Shown piece by piece: positions 38,920 to 52,382 of a DNA stretch of 64,000 nt (position 1 is its first letter; each line of letters starts with the position of its first letter). The notes below the pieces were generated by a model that saw only the letters and a program-made list of their open reading frames with translations, was not told where the DNA came from and ran no database searches. The DNA comes from Macrostomum lignano (Eukaryota): assembly GCA_002269645.1 (NCBI GenBank), contig NIVC01000482.1:186001-250000 (forward strand), in the 5' to 3' direction. The position numbers and the translations under genes are program-made.

Positions 38920-38937
38920 GTTGGGACTGACGTGTGA

Positions 38938-41276
38938 TAGATTAGCAATCCATTCTATTCCTTCATCAGTGATGCTGGCTAGATTAGCAATCCATTCTAT
39001 TCCTTCATCAGTGATGTTGGCTAGATTAGCAATCCATTCTATTCCTTCATCTGTGATGTTGGCTAGATTAGCAATCCATTCTATTCCTTCATCAGTGATG
39101 TTGGCTAGATTAGCAATCCATTCTATTCCTTCATCAGTGATGTTGGCTAGATTAGCAATCCATTCTATTCCTTCATCAGTGATGTTGGCTAGATTAGCAA
39201 TCCATTCTATTCCTTCATCAGTGATGCTGGCTAGATTAGCAATCCATTCTATTCCTTCATCAGTGATGCTGGCTAGATTAGCAATCCATTGTATTCCTTC
39301 ATCAGTGATGTTGGCTAGATTAGCAATCCATTCTATTCCTTCATCAGTGATGTTGGCTAGATTAGCAATCCATTCTATTCCTTCATCAGTGATGCTGGCC
39401 AGATTAGCAATCCATTCTATTCCTTCATCAGTGATGTTGGCTAGATTAGCAATCCATTCTATTCCTTCATCAGTGATGCTGGCCAGATTAGCAATCCATT
39501 CTATTCCTGCATCAGTGATGTTGGCTAGATTAGCAATCCATTCTATTCCTTCATCAGTGATGCTGGCCAGATTAGCAATCCATTCAATTCCTTCATCAGT
39601 GATGCTGGCCAGATTAGCAATCCATTCTATTCCTTCATCAGTGATGTTGGCTAGATTAGCAATCCATTCTATTCCTTCATCAGTGATGTTGGCTAGATTA
39701 GCAATCCATTCTATTCCTTCATCAGTGATGCTGGCTAGATTAGCAATCCACTCTATTCCTTCATCAGTGATGCTGGCTAGATTAGCAATCCATTGTATTC
39801 CTTCATCAGTGATGTTGGCTAGATTAGCAATCCATTCTATTCCTTCATCAGTGATGTTGGCTAGATTAGCAATCCATTCTATTCCTTCATCAGTGATGTT
39901 GGCTAGATTAGCAATCCATTCTATTCCTTCATCAGTGATGCTGGCCAGATTAGCAATCCATTCTATTCCTTCATCAGTGATGTTGGCTAGATTAGCAATC
40001 CATTCTATTCCTTCATCAGTGATGCTGGCCAGATTAGCAATCCATTCTATTCCTGCATCAGTGATGTTGGCTAGATTAGCAATCCATTCTATTCCTTCAT
40101 CAGTGATGCTGGCCAGATTAGCAATCCATTCTATTCCTTCATCAGTGATGCTGGCCAGATTAGCAATCCATTCTATTCCTGCATCAGTGATGTTGGCTAG
40201 ATTAGCAATCCATTCTATTCCTTCATCAGTGATGTTGGCTAGATTAGCAATCCATTCTATTCCTTCATCAGTGATGTTGGCTAGATTAGCAATCCACTCT
40301 ATTCCTTCATCAGTGATGCTGGCTAGATTAGCAATCCATTCTATTCCTTCATCAGTGATGTTGGCTAGATTAGCAATCCATTCTATTCCTTCATCAGTGA
40401 TGTTGGCTAGATTAGCAATCCATTCTATTCCTTCATCAGTGATGCTGGCTAGATTAGCAATCCATTCTATTCCTTCATCAGTGATGCTGGCCAGATTAGC
40501 AATCCATTCTATTCCTTCATCAGTGATGCTGGCTAGATTAGCAATCCATTCTATTCCTTCATCAGTGATGCTGGCTAGATTAGCAATCCATTCTATTCCT
40601 TCATCAGTGATGTTGGCTAGATTAGCAATCCATTCTATTCCTTCATCAGTGATGCTGGCTAGATTAGCAATCCATTCTATTCCTTCATCAGTGATGCTGG
40701 CCAGATTAGCAATCCATTCTATTCCTTCATCAGTGATGCTGGCCAGATTAGCAATCCATTCTATTCCTGCATCAGTGATGTTGGCTAGATTAGCAATCCA
40801 TTCTATTCCTTCATCAGTGATGTTGGCTAGATTAGCAATCCACTCTATTCCTTCATCAGTGATGCTGGCTAGATTAGCAATCCATTCTATTCCTTCATCA
40901 GTGATGTTGGCTAGATTAGCAATCCATTCTATTCCTTCATCAGTGATGTTGGCTAGATTAGCAATCCATTCTATTCCTTCATCAGTGATGCTGGCTAGAT
41001 TAGCAATCCATTCTATTCCTTCATCAGTGATGCTGGCTAGATTAGCAATCCATTCTATTCCTTCATCAGTGATGCTGGCTAGATTAGCAATCCATTCTAT
41101 TCCTTCATCAGTGATGCTGGCTAGATTAGCAATCCATTCTATTCCTTCATCAGTGATGCTGGCTAGATTAGCAATCCATTCTATTCCTTCATCAGTGATG
41201 TTGGCTAGATTAGCAATCCATTCTATTCCTTCATCAGTGATGCTGGCTAGATTAGCAATCCATTCTATTCCTGCAG
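38938..41276. repeat. 42-bp tandem array, about 55 copies, stop-free in one frame on each strand
   Basis: Unit GATTAGCAATCCATTCTATTCCTTCATCAGTGATGYTGGCYA. Confidence 0.97.
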
Positions 41277-41396
41277 TCTATCTAAACAAAGACAGCAAGA
41301 AAGTTCTCGGCAGGAAATGCAATTTCGAACTTATTTTCTGCTTTCTAAATCTCAGTTGAGCTCACTTAGTTGGGAAGCCCTCGACGACTCGCAGAG
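41277..41396 (+). CDS. Possible 120-nt internal exon of an unresolved gene
   Basis: ttctattcctgcag|T CTA TCT ... CAG AG|gtgggc, open frame LSKQRQQESSRQEMQFRTYFLLSKSQLSSLSWEALDDSQ; no homology recognised. Confidence 0.3.
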
Positions 41397-41759
41397 GTGG
41401 GCGGGGGTTGCGAATGCAGTGGGGCTTACAAATAATGGATTTTTCTCTTGAATTTTTCTCTCTTTGAAGCCTGTTAAGTGCATGCCTGTGAAAACTGGAT
41501 TCATCTGGTCCTCCCCTATTCCTTTTTGACGTAGTTAAAAAAATATGCGCTCGTTAATACGCTGTGATTGATAAATAAGCTGAGTGCCGGATGAGCTGCG
41601 AGCAATGCTATTGTTATCGCTGGGAATTTCGGCCTGGCAGCAGTGCTCTGCATGAGGGATCCTGAATGAGGCTGATTGTACGGCGTCTCGACTGGGAGAG
41701 AGGAGAGAGATGAGATTAATGTGCTAGAGAGAAACGGTGAGACGGTAGAGGGGGATTAG

Positions 41760-42380
41760 AGAGAGTAGAGGGTAGAGAGGTCAATGGTGGAGATGATAGA
41801 GAGTAGATGGGAGGTGAGAGGTGGGTAGAGATAGGTACCTGATAGATAGATAGGAAGGAGGAGCGAGAGAGAGTAGAAGGAAAAAGGGAGACAGTAGAGG
41901 GTAGAAGGGAGATTGTAGAGGGTAGAGGGTAGAGGAGAGATTGTAGAGGGTAGAGGGTAGAGGGGAGATTGTAGAGGGTAGAGGGTAGAGGGTAGAGGAG
42001 AGATTGTAGAGGGTAGAGGGTAGAGGGTAGAGGGTAAAGGGTAGAGGGGAGATTGTAGAGGGTAGAGGGTAGAGGGTAGAGGAGAGATTGTAGAGGGTAG
42101 AGGGTAGAGGGTAGAGGGTAAAGGGTAGAGGGGAGATTGTAGAGGGTAGAGGGTAGAGGAGAGATTGTAGAGGGTAGAGGGTAGAGGAGAGATTGTAGAG
42201 GGTAGAGGGTAGAGGGGAGATTGTAGAGGGTAGAGGGTAGAGGGTAGAGGAGAGATTGTAGAGGGTAGAGGGTAGATGAGAGATTGTAGAGGGTAGAGGG
42301 TAGAGGAGAGATTGTAGAGGGTAGAGGGTAGAGGAGAGATTGTAGAGGGTAGAGGGTAGAGGGTAGAAGAGGGTAGAAGA
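41760..42380. repeat. Compound (AGGGTAG)n / GAGAGATTGT repeat
   Basis: Seen directly. Confidence 0.93.
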
Positions 42381-43044
42381 CAGAGGGTGGAGGGGAGAGG
42401 CAGATCAGACACAGTGAACTAGTTTTATATTTGGAGAAGAGATGCGACAAACAGAATGCATTGAATTCTGTTACTTCACCCAGGTTCTGTGCTGTCTAAC
42501 AAAATTAAATAAAAATTAAAAATTTTAACATACAGCAAAATCTTCATAAAAGCCAAGAATAATTAAAACATTGGCATTTGTGTTTACATCCAACTTACGT
42601 TAAGTTTTTGCACGATACTTGACCAGTTCGAGAATATTATTTTGGCCCGAGGCGAAAGCCACAGAAACGGCAGGTGTTAAGCCAGGGAAGGAGAATGTGT
42701 TGAAAGGAAGCAAAAATAACTGCAGAGCGGGATGGGGGGCTGGGGAAAAGGGGAGATGGGAGGGAGGCTGGCAGTTAGGAGTGGCTGATTGGGGGGAGCG
42801 CTGGATGGCAGGACACACGTGGGCGGCAAAAACCGGCAAAGCAGCAGCAAAAAAAGATTTCAAAGAGACATGCTGAGGCTCTTGTTTTTGTCTCAACTGG
42901 CCGTCCCTGAAGCATCCGGGCGGAAGGCAGACAGGGACTCAGTGGGAGAAGGAAATGAGGAAACTGGGAGCTGAGGCAAGAAATGGAATGGGAAGGGCCA
43001 CTGACTGTCCTTCTTGCCATTTTCAGTTGGAATGGGAAAATTGG

Positions 43045-44855
43045 GGATGCAGTGACCCACTGAATGTTTCTTAGGGTAGCAGTGACCCACTGGGTGTGTC
43101 TTAGGGTAGTAGTGACCCACTGAATGTGTCTTAGGGTAGCAGTGACCCACTGAATGTGTCTTAGGGTAGCAGTGACCCACTGAGTGTGTCTTAGGGTAGC
43201 AGTGACCCACTGAGTGTGTCTTAGGGTAGCAGTGACCCACTGAGTGTGTCTTAGGGTAGCAGTGACCCACTGAATGTGTCTTAGGGTAGCAGTGACCCAC
43301 TGAATGTGTCTTAGGGTAGCAGTGACCCACTGAGTGTGTCTTAGGGTAGCAGTGACCCACTGAGTGTGTCTTAGGGTAGCAGTGACCCACTGAATGTGTC
43401 TTAGGGTAGCAGTGACCCACTGAGTGTGTCTTAGGGTAGCAGTGACCCACTGAGTGTGTCTTAGGGTAGCAGTGACCCACTGAGTGTGTCTTAGGGTAGC
43501 AGTGACCCACTGAATGTGTCTTAGGGTAGCAGTGACCCACTGAGTGTGTCTTAGGGTAGCAGTGACCCACTGAGTGTGTCTTAGGGTAGCAGTGACCCAC
43601 TGAGTGTGTCTTAGGGTAGCAGTGACCCACTGAGTGTGTCTTAGGGTAGCAGTGACCCACTGAGTGTGTCTTAGGGTAGCAGTGACCCACTGAGTGTGTC
43701 TTAGGGTAGCAGTGACCCACTGAGTGTGTCTTAGGGTAGCAGTGACCCACTGAGTGTGTCTTAGGGTAGCAGTGACCCACTGAGTGTGTCTTAGGGTAGC
43801 AGTGACCCACTGAGTGTGTCTTAGGGTAGCAGTGACCCACTGAGTGTGTCTTAGGGTAGCAGTGACCCACTGAGTGTGTCTTAGGGTAGCAGTGACCCAC
43901 TGAGTGTGTCTTAGGGTAGCAGTGACCCACTGAGTGTGTCTTAGGGTAGCAGTGACCCACTGAGTGTGTCTTAGGGTAGCAGTGACCCACTGAGTGTGTC
44001 TTTAGAGGGTAGCTTTGACCCACTGAATGTGTCTTTAGAGGGTAGCAGTGACCGACTAAATGTGTCTTTAGAGGGTAGCTTTGACCCACTGAATGTGTCT
44101 TTAGAGGGTAGCAGTGACCCACTGAATGTGTCTTTAGAGGGTAGCAGTGACCCACTGAATGTGTCTTTAGAGGGTAGCAGTGACCGACTAAATGTGTCTT
44201 TAGAGGGTAGCAGTGACCCACTGAATGTTTCTTAGGGTAACAGTGATCCACTGAATGTGTCTTTAGAGGGTAGCAGTGACCGACTAAATGTGTCTTTAGA
44301 GGGTAGCAGTGATCCACTGAATGTTTCTTAGGGTAACAGTGATCCACTGAATGTGTCTTTAGAGGGTAGCAGTGACCGACTAAATGTGTCTTTAGAGGGT
44401 AGCAGTGATCCACTGAATGTGTCTTTAGAGGGTAGCAGTGACCCACTGAATGTGTCTTAGGGTAGCAGTGACCCACTGAGTGTGTCTTTAGAGGGTAGCA
44501 GTGATCCACTGAATGTTTCTTAGGGTAGCAGTGACCCACTGAGTGTGTCTTTAGAGGGTAGCAGTGACCCACTGAGTGTGTCTTAGGGTAGCAGTGACCC
44601 ACTGAGTGTGTCTTAGGGTAGCAGTGACCCACTGAGTGTGTCTTAGGGTAGCAGTGACCCACTGAATGTGTCTTTAGAGGGTAGCAGTGACCCACTGAAT
44701 GTTTCTTAGGGTAGCAGTGACCCACTGAATGTGTCTTTAGAGGGTAGCAGTGACCCACTGAATGTGTCTTAGGGTAGCAGTGACCCACTGAATGTTTCTT
44801 AGGGTAGCAGTGATCCACTGAATGTGTCTTTAGAGGGTAGCAGTGACCCACTGAA
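43045..44855. repeat. 30/33-bp minisatellite (CAGTGACCCACTGARTGTGTCTTAGGGTAG)n
   Basis: A homogeneous 30-bp block to ~44000, then mixed 30- and 33-bp variants. Confidence 0.97.
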
Positions 44856-45383
44856 GGAGGCAAGCAAGGAGGTTCCCTGTCGTGATGTCACCCTGCCCTG
44901 ATCCCTAATCCCTATCACTGCGTATATTCTCCCAACAGTGTCACTCCAGTCAGCTACGCCACTGGTCTCTCCTTCTGCATACTTTTTATCTCGATCCACC
45001 CGCTGCCCTTTTCAATTACTTTTCGGATCCTAGAGAAGAGTTCGGCCGTCTCCCCGGGCCCTTAGTGAACACATCGATTTTTTAGCCCAGCAGTTCTCCC
45101 CTGGGAGCTGGTAGCCAAGCTAAACTGTCTCGCAAGCTTTCACTCAAAATCAGATCAGCGCCGCACGCAACGGCTTCAGGGGCCGCGCAGCTGCGTTAGA
45201 TTCCCACCAAGATTTGTTATTTTGCGTGCTCGGCTGCTGTCTGGTTGTTTACACGAACCGGTGAATCTCTGCTACGCTCGTACTTGGCTCTGCTGTCCAT
45301 CATGGGTCTTTGCCCACTTGCTGCAAACGAAAAATTGCTTTCAAAATTAACAAAATGTGTTTGAGGTACTTGGGTTTTGCCGT

Positions 45384-45735
<352 letters not shown>

Positions 45736-46789
45736 GTCAGTCTGAATCGGATGAAAGGAACTCAAATGTACTAAAAGCTGCTGACTTCCTGATACCCAGA
45801 CTGATCTGATGCCAAACGGTACACAAGGAGCCTACAGAAATCATAGGGCAGCATCTCGGCCCGGGTCAGTAGGAAATTCAATCCCGACCCGAACTCGAAT
45901 TTCGCCCCGTCCTTCTCTTCCTGGTCAGACAATTATCAAAATAAGCGAGCTGCCTGGCTTCCAGCTTCGGTAATTTCTCCTACAGTGGTTTCTTTTGCAG
46001 CTTCATTTTGAACAGGAAGTTTTCTGGCTGCAAAATCAAGGAGTTCTAAAAATAGACACCCGGAGTGAAACACCCTGCCTATTCAGTTTTCTGTCCAGAT
46101 GCTGCGTCCGCACTCTCCATGGCTTTAGGAGAGACCATGTTTTTGGCCTCGAGCCTTCTACTTGACTGCGCAGATCACGGAGCTCAGATTTCGGCAGAAT
46201 CCCACGCAAGACAGAATTCTGGCATTACAGCCTTGGAGACCGGCGGAAGAATTGACCATTTATTTCTGGCGTCGCGCTGGTCACGGCTCGTTTGTTATCA
46301 TCATCATCATAGCATTGCCAGCTTCCCCCAGTCCATCGCGTGCTGACAGGGGAGGGCCGGGGCGTTTACAAGCACAAATTTTTATATCGCTACGGCACCT
46401 GAGCCTATCCATCAGGCCATGCAGTCAGAGTGGAGCTGCTAGCTGATTTTCAATTAAGCGCTAATCGGATTTGCGCTCCGTGTGATGAAGAGAATGTATT
46501 CTACAATAGGAAATCGCAAAGGATGGATATGAGCCCAGATTCTCTCCCAGGTTTGTTAATCTGCTCGGCATTTAGACTGCTTATTCACAACATTTTAGCG
46601 TGAGGCGCTATCGAAGTAAGCTGGATTTACCTTCGTATCCGGTAATCCAATGCAGAGCTTGCAAATGTTAAGTAAGTCTTAAATCTATTTTCGTCGAAAA
46701 CAATATCACTGACGCAAATAATAAATTTATTTCAGAACTTCTCAACGTCTTTCAGAGGATTTGTTCACACTCGATCCGCTGCTCTCCAG

Positions 46790-47405
46790 GGAATCTGATC
46801 ACTCTCCTCAGCACTCCAGGGGATCTGATCACTCTCTACTGCACTCCAGGGGATCTGATCACTCTCTACTGCACTCCAGGGGATCTGATCAATCTCTACT
46901 GCACTCCAGGGGATCTGATCACTCTCCTCAGCACTCCAGGGGATCTGATCACTCTCTACTGCACTCCAGGGGATCTGATCACTCTCTACTGCACTCCAGG
47001 GAATCTGATCACTCTCTACTGCACTCCAGGGAATCTGATCACTCTCCTCAGCACTCCAGGGGATCTGATCACTCTCTACTGCACTCCAGGGGATCTGATC
47101 ACTCTCTACTGCACTCCAGGGAATCTGATCACTCTCTACTGCACTCCAGGGGATCTGATCACTCTCTACTGCACTCCAGGGGATCTGATCACTCTCTACT
47201 GCACTCCAGGGAATCTGATCACTCTCCTCAGCACTCCAGAGGATCTGATCACTCTCTACTGCACTCCATGGGATCTAATCACTCTCTACTGCACTCCAGG
47301 GGATCTGATCACTCTCTACTGCACTCCATGGGATCTAATCACTCTCTACTGCACTCCAGGGGATCTGATCACTCTCTACTGCACTCCAGGGGATCTGATC
47401 ACTCA
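46790..47405. repeat. 30-bp minisatellite (CACTCTCTACTGCACTCCAGGGGATCTGAT)n
   Basis: About 20 copies; lies in an open frame after acceptor-like ctttcag at ~46755, coding status unknown. Confidence 0.93.
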
Positions 47406-47994
47406 CTCATTGTGTGCCAAAGAATCCCGAGCGCCCAGAGTCAGTTTGTAAATCAGGAACACTTCTTACTCAGCAGTTCAGCAAACAAGCAGCTTCCTTC
47501 GTCAAATCCTTGAGCTGTCTAGTGTTCTAGCACAGCTTCATCAGCTCAGCTCAGCCTCTCAGGATATGAGAACAAGGCCGCCCGATGCGCCTGCGTGCTT
47601 GTCTGGTCTTCGGATTAATATTGCATAGACTCTGTTTCCGGGAGACCGAATTCTCATTTAGTGCAGCAGTGCACTCGTAGCTCAGTGCAGGCAACTCATT
47701 AATATCGCCCCATGCAGTCGCTGCACAGCGAAGGACACTTCAATCATCCATAAAAAAACAAAAAAAACACAGCTTGAATTATCGATAAACGGCTTTCAAG
47801 AAAAAAAGCTCTTTAAATGACGAGAATTGATTTGCAAGCTTAATTCTCTGTTTGGCAAGCATAATTGCTTTTTAAAGCTTAAGACTGCTTTAGCGATCGG
47901 CAGTTGCTTGATCGTTAGCTAATTAAAAACCTTTTATCTACACTGTGAATACGGCTTTGAGTTGCTTTTTATTGAGGCAGTTGGGAGATCAAGA

Positions 47995-48380
47995 ATGGGG
48001 AAGATGTGAGATCAAGGGATGGGGAAGATGGGAGATCAGATGATGGGGAAGATGGGAGATCAGATGATGGGGAAGATGGGAGATCAGATGATGGGGAAGA
48101 TGGGAGATCAGATGATGGGGAAGATGGGAGATCAGATGATGGGGAAGATGGGATATCAGATGATGGGGCAGATGAGAGATCAGAGGATGCGAAAGATGGG
48201 AGATCAGAGGATGGGGAAGCTGGGAGATCAGATGATGGGGAAGATGGGAGATCAGAAGAAGGGGATGATGGGAGATCAGATGATGGGGAAAATGGGAGAT
48301 CAAAGGATGGGGAAGATGGGAGATCAGGGGATCGGGGAAGCTGGGAGATCAGAGGATGGGGGAAGCTGGGAGATCAGAGG
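47995..48380. repeat. 21-bp repeat (GATGGGGAAGATGGGAGATCA)n
   Basis: Seen directly. Confidence 0.92.
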
Positions 48381-49259
48381 ATCAAATGGCAAGAAATCGC
48401 GGCATTGCAAAGCACAGAAATCCAAGAACTTGCACGTTGCCCTGACTAGCAGTGCGTCATTCTTGGCTGTTTTTAAGAACTAACAAAAAAGGCACCTGGG
48501 CAGCTCAAGCCAGACGGGGGATTTAGGATCCTGAGGCAAGCTCTTATCACCCTGAAAACAGATGCAGAGCAAGTTCCTGCAGTTCCTATCATACGTAACC
48601 GAATCCTGTACATGTAAAATCAGCGAAAAATGATTGATTGCCGATGAAATAAATATTATTATGAATAATAACATTTAATATCAACTGCAGTAGGGATTCT
48701 GGCACCCTGGCTCTTCGCCGATATCGCCCCTCAGCCCAATCCGCTGGCTCCTGAGCAAATGCAAGCGCGCCAATGCTGTACGCTGGCACAGCACTCATCC
48801 AGTCGCTCACACAGGGTGTACATCGGCTCGTGACTTTCCAATCGTCAGGCATGTACAGTCTCAGGGCCTTGGGCGTTGGCACTCATGGCTGTCACTCCCA
48901 CAGGACAATTTCCGTGCACTCAAGCCTTATTAAGTCAAGGCCTTATATAAAGGCAGCTGAAGGAAAATCTGCTTTTTTATATCTTAATTTGCAGTAAGTC
49001 ACGTACCATTAAGAAAAAAATAATTAACACAGTAAATTCAATCTTTTTTTTGTTTCCGAAACAAAACGACTAACCCGATGTGTTTAAATGCGCATGAAGA
49101 AACGCACAGTGTGTGTTTATTTTATAGAAGCATCAGCATCAAGTATCCGGTAATGATTTATTGCCTGCCTTAGGTTTTAACCAGCAAGCAATAGAAGCAG
49201 TTCTGCAAATCAATTACTGTCAACATTGTTCCTTTTCCCCGATGGATGCACGTTTTGTT

Positions 49260-49615
49260 TGTCTGACACAATCTGTTTTAATAGTCTGACACAAATCAAA
49301 CCAGTCTGACACAATCTGTTTAAATAGTCTGACACAAATCAAACCAGTCTGACACAAATCAAACTAGTCTGACACAAATCAAACCAGTCTGACACAAATC
49401 AAACCATTCTGACACAAATCAAACCAGTCTGACACAAATCAAACCAGTCCGACACAAATCAAACTAGTCTGACACAAATCAAACCAGTCTGACACAAATC
49501 AAACCAGTCTGACACAAATCAAACCAGTCTGACACAAATCAAACCAGTCTGACACAAATCAAACCAGTCTGACACAAATCAAACCAGTCTGACACAAACC
49601 AAACTAGTCTGACAC
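49260..49615. repeat. 20-bp repeat (CTGACACAAATCAAACCAGT)n just 3' of WDR46
   Basis: Seen directly. Confidence 0.93.
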
Positions 49616-49661
49616 ATACATTATTAGAACCGAAAATTTAAACAGATTAAAAAGCGGCAGC

Positions 49662-50885
49662 TCAGTCGGCCTTGGGTATAAGCCTGTCCAAGAAGGTGCC
49701 AGTCGCCGGCTTAGTCAGCTCCCCGCTCTGTGAAACCTTCTTAGCCTTCTTCGTCTTCCGACCGCCTGCGGCGTCGGCGCCTTCGTCGCCCATCTCGGCC
49801 AGGACTCGCTTCTTCGACTTGAGCAGCTGGCGCAGCTCCATCCGCCTGCGCTGCCATCTTTCGCCGACTTTTCTGTTCAACTCGCCGGACGCCTTGCCGC
49901 TTCGTCGGCGCGGCTGAAACTGGCGAACCTCGTCCGACGGCAGCGCCATCACGGCCGCCCGCTTCCTGGCCAGAGCCTCCTCGATGCCCTCGGCGTCCAC
50001 CGCGTTGACGCCGCCGCCCACAGCCGGCGGGGCGATGGTCTCGGGCGGCAGTTTGTCCAGCAGGCCGCGGACTTCCGCCTCGCGACGCTGCCGCTTCCCG
50101 GACAGCGGGTGGACGGCGCCGTCCGGGTTGGGCTCGCCCGAGCCCGGCACCAGCACGGAGCCGAGGCCGCGGGCGTGTCCAAAAGCCAACACGTCCTCCC
50201 ACGGACAGAAGGCCAAGTCGGACAGCCGGCCGGGACTCGGGTGGCTGAGCAGCGGCTTGGCCCCGCCGGCCGGCAACACCATCAGAGCGGCGCCCTGCCG
50301 CACCGGACAGGCCAGCAGGCCGCGCTGACTGACCGCCAGCTGCGGCGCCGCGTCGAACAGGCGAATCGACGCCGCGTCGGCGCCGCTGTCGCTGACAGAC
50401 AGCGGTCGGAGGCAGCGGATGTCCCACACACGCAGGCGGGAGTCGCCGCCCAGGGTGTACACGGCGTGTCCGGCCGGGGCGGTTGCCACAGCTCGGACAC
50501 CGGCCGGACAGCACAGCATTTTCACTACCGGCCGCTTCTCCAACGGAGTCCAAATGCAGAGCTGCCCGTTGGGCTGTCCGGTGAGCACACAGCCGCTGTC
50601 CGGGTGCAGGGCGGACACTCGCAGCGGGCCGTGGTGTCCGCAGTAGCTGGCGACAGTCTGTCCGGTGCTGACATCCTGCCAGTGCAGGTGGCCGGTGTCT
50701 GTGCAAGCGGCCAGAAGCCAGTGCCTAGGTAGCCAGAACAGCTTATTAGCCTTGTGCAATCGCTTCAAGCAGTGCAGCTCGAGGCCCTGCGCGTCGTAAA
50801 TGTAAGTCCAGTTGCTATGGGCCACGGCCAGCTGGGGGGTGGAGCCAGCGCCTACCCAGGTTAGCGCGTGGCACGGCTCGTTCAC
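49662..50885 (-). CDS. WDR46: WD repeat protein 46 (BING4/UTP7), exon 2
   Basis: LAVAHSNWTYIYDAQGLELHCLK, WLPRHWLLA, WQDVSTG, LAFCPWEDVLAFGH...SVLVPGSGEPNPD, RQRREAEVRGLLDKLPPETI (BING4CT region); acceptor ccccag|GTG, phase 0. Confidence 0.93.
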   Translation of the reverse strand: MNEPCHALTWVGAGSTPQLAVAHSNWTYIYDAQGLELHCLKRLHKANKLFWLPRHWLLAACTDTGHLHWQDVSTGQTVASYCGHHGPLRVSALHPDSGCVLTGQPNGQLCIWTPLEKRPVVKMLCCPAGVRAVATAPAGHAVYTLGGDSRLRVWDIRCLRPLSVSDSGADAASIRLFDAAPQLAVSQRGLLACPVRQGAALMVLPAGGAKPLLSHPSPGRLSDLAFCPWEDVLAFGHARGLGSVLVPGSGEPNPDGAVHPLSGKRQRREAEVRGLLDKLPPETIAPPAVGGGVNAVDAEGIEEALARKRAAVMALPSDEVRQFQPRRRSGKASGELNRKVGERWQRRRMELRQLLKSKKRVLAEMGDEGADAAGGRKTKKAKKVSQSGELTKPATGTFLDRLIPKAD

Positions 50886-50929
50886 CTGGGGATGCGGATG
50901 GGCAATGGGCTTATTGATGGTTGTCAGTT

Positions 50930-51185
50930 GTAATGTCAGGTAACATCAGAATGTGTCAGTTGTCATAAATTATGTCAGGTAACATCAGAATGTGTCAGTT
51001 GTCATAAATTATGTCAGGTAACACCAGAATGTGTCAGTTGTCATAAATTATGTCAGGTAACATCAGCATGTGTCAGTTGTCATAAATTATGTCAGGTAAC
51101 ATCATAATGTGTAAGTTGTCATAAAATGTGTCAATTTTCCTAGAATGTGTCAGCTAAAATCAGAATGTGTCAGTTGTCTTGAACT
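50930..51185. repeat. 39-bp repeat in the WDR46 intron
   Basis: Unit GTCAGGTAACATCAGAATGTGTCAGTTGTCATAAATTAT. Confidence 0.9.
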
Positions 51186-51287
51186 TGACACATTCAATAA
51201 TTTATATATTTTGTAGATTGTATAAACTACACGGCTTCTCCTACTATAAGTAGGCCGCTCCGAAAAAAAGTTCGATAAATTCCACAC

Positions 51288-51635
51288 CTGAGACTCGAAC
51301 ATGAGCCGTTTCTGACGCCATTCAAAGGCTGCAACGTGGCCGCCACGGCCACACAGGGCCAGCAGGCGGCCGGTGGTGTCGTAGGCCACAGAGTAGGGCC
51401 CGTACTGCAGGCTCAGCTCGAAGTGGCCCGGCCTGGCGGCCACAGCCACCCGGCGAAGCAGCTTGGACTGTGTTGGCGCCCACTCGCCCGGCCGCGACTC
51501 GATGCCGCCCGGAGATTCCAACGCCGAGGCGGAGGCCAACTTGGCGGCCTCCCGACGAAGTCGGGCAGCTTTGGCGGCTGCTTTGGCGTGAAATCCGCTT
51601 GGCATCTGGTCGGAGTCTTCCGCAGCGACGTCCAT
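51288..51635 (-). CDS. WDR46: WDR46/UTP7, exon 1
   Basis: MDVAAED...FELSLQYGPYSVAYDTTGRLLALCGRGGHVAAFEW...ESQ|gtgtgg, phase 0; joined 523 aa. Confidence 0.9.
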
Positions 51636-51834
51636 GGTTGTCTGGAAGTGCGTTAGCAAGACTCTGAGAGCTCTGGGTTCGTAGGATTTTCATAGATTCC
51701 ATATGCCACCAAGTGAGCAGTGCTAAGCTTCAGCTATCAGTTGAGTTGAGTACCTGAGATCAAGCTTGAGCTACTCAACTTAGTTGAGACAGACAGACAG
51801 ACTTAGTTGACTCAGACGTACTAGGCCTACCTGG

Positions 51835-52245
51835 GGCCTACTCAGCTGATAGCTCAAGCTTGGCACTGGGCCTACTCAACTGATAGCTCAAGCTTGGCAC
51901 TGGGCCTATTCAACTGATAGCTCAAGCTTGGCACTGGGCCTATTCAACTGATGGCTCAAGCTTGGCACTGGGCCTACTCAACTGATGGCTCAAGCTTGGC
52001 ACTGGGCCTATTCAACTGATGGCTCAAGCTTGGCACTGGGCCTACTCAACTGATAGCTCAAGCTTGGCACTGGGCCTACTCAACTGATAGCTCCAGCTTG
52101 GCACTGGGCCTACTCAACTGATAGCTCAAGCTTGGCACTGGGCCTATTCAACTGATAGCTCAAGCTTGGCACTGGGCCTATTCAACTGATAGCTCAAGCT
52201 TGGCACTGGGCCTACTCAACTGATGGCTCAAGCTTGGCACTGGGA
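51835..52245. repeat. 34-bp repeat (CTCAACTGATAGCTCAAGCTTGGCACTGGGCCTA)n upstream of WDR46
   Basis: About 12 copies. Confidence 0.93.
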
Positions 52246-52382
52246 ATCTTTAACAATTGACTTTGGAGAAACTTTTTATTTGAAAATTTGCTAATTTATA
52301 GACTTAGAATAAATAGTGGAATGGGCTTATTCCAGGTTTGTCATAATGTGCTAGCCAGGTTAGTTAGCAATTGCACATTCTT

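Noticed and set aside
42893-44863. 656-aa HSVGHCYPKT ORF, and repeat ORFs at 8403-8984, 34370-34993, 41716-42450, 48006-48483 and 55486-56142
   Set aside because: Minisatellite translations; mixed 30/33-bp units and no flanking domains.
49672-51702. Alternative-frame and antisense ORFs over WDR46
   Set aside because: Shadows of a GC-rich coding sequence.
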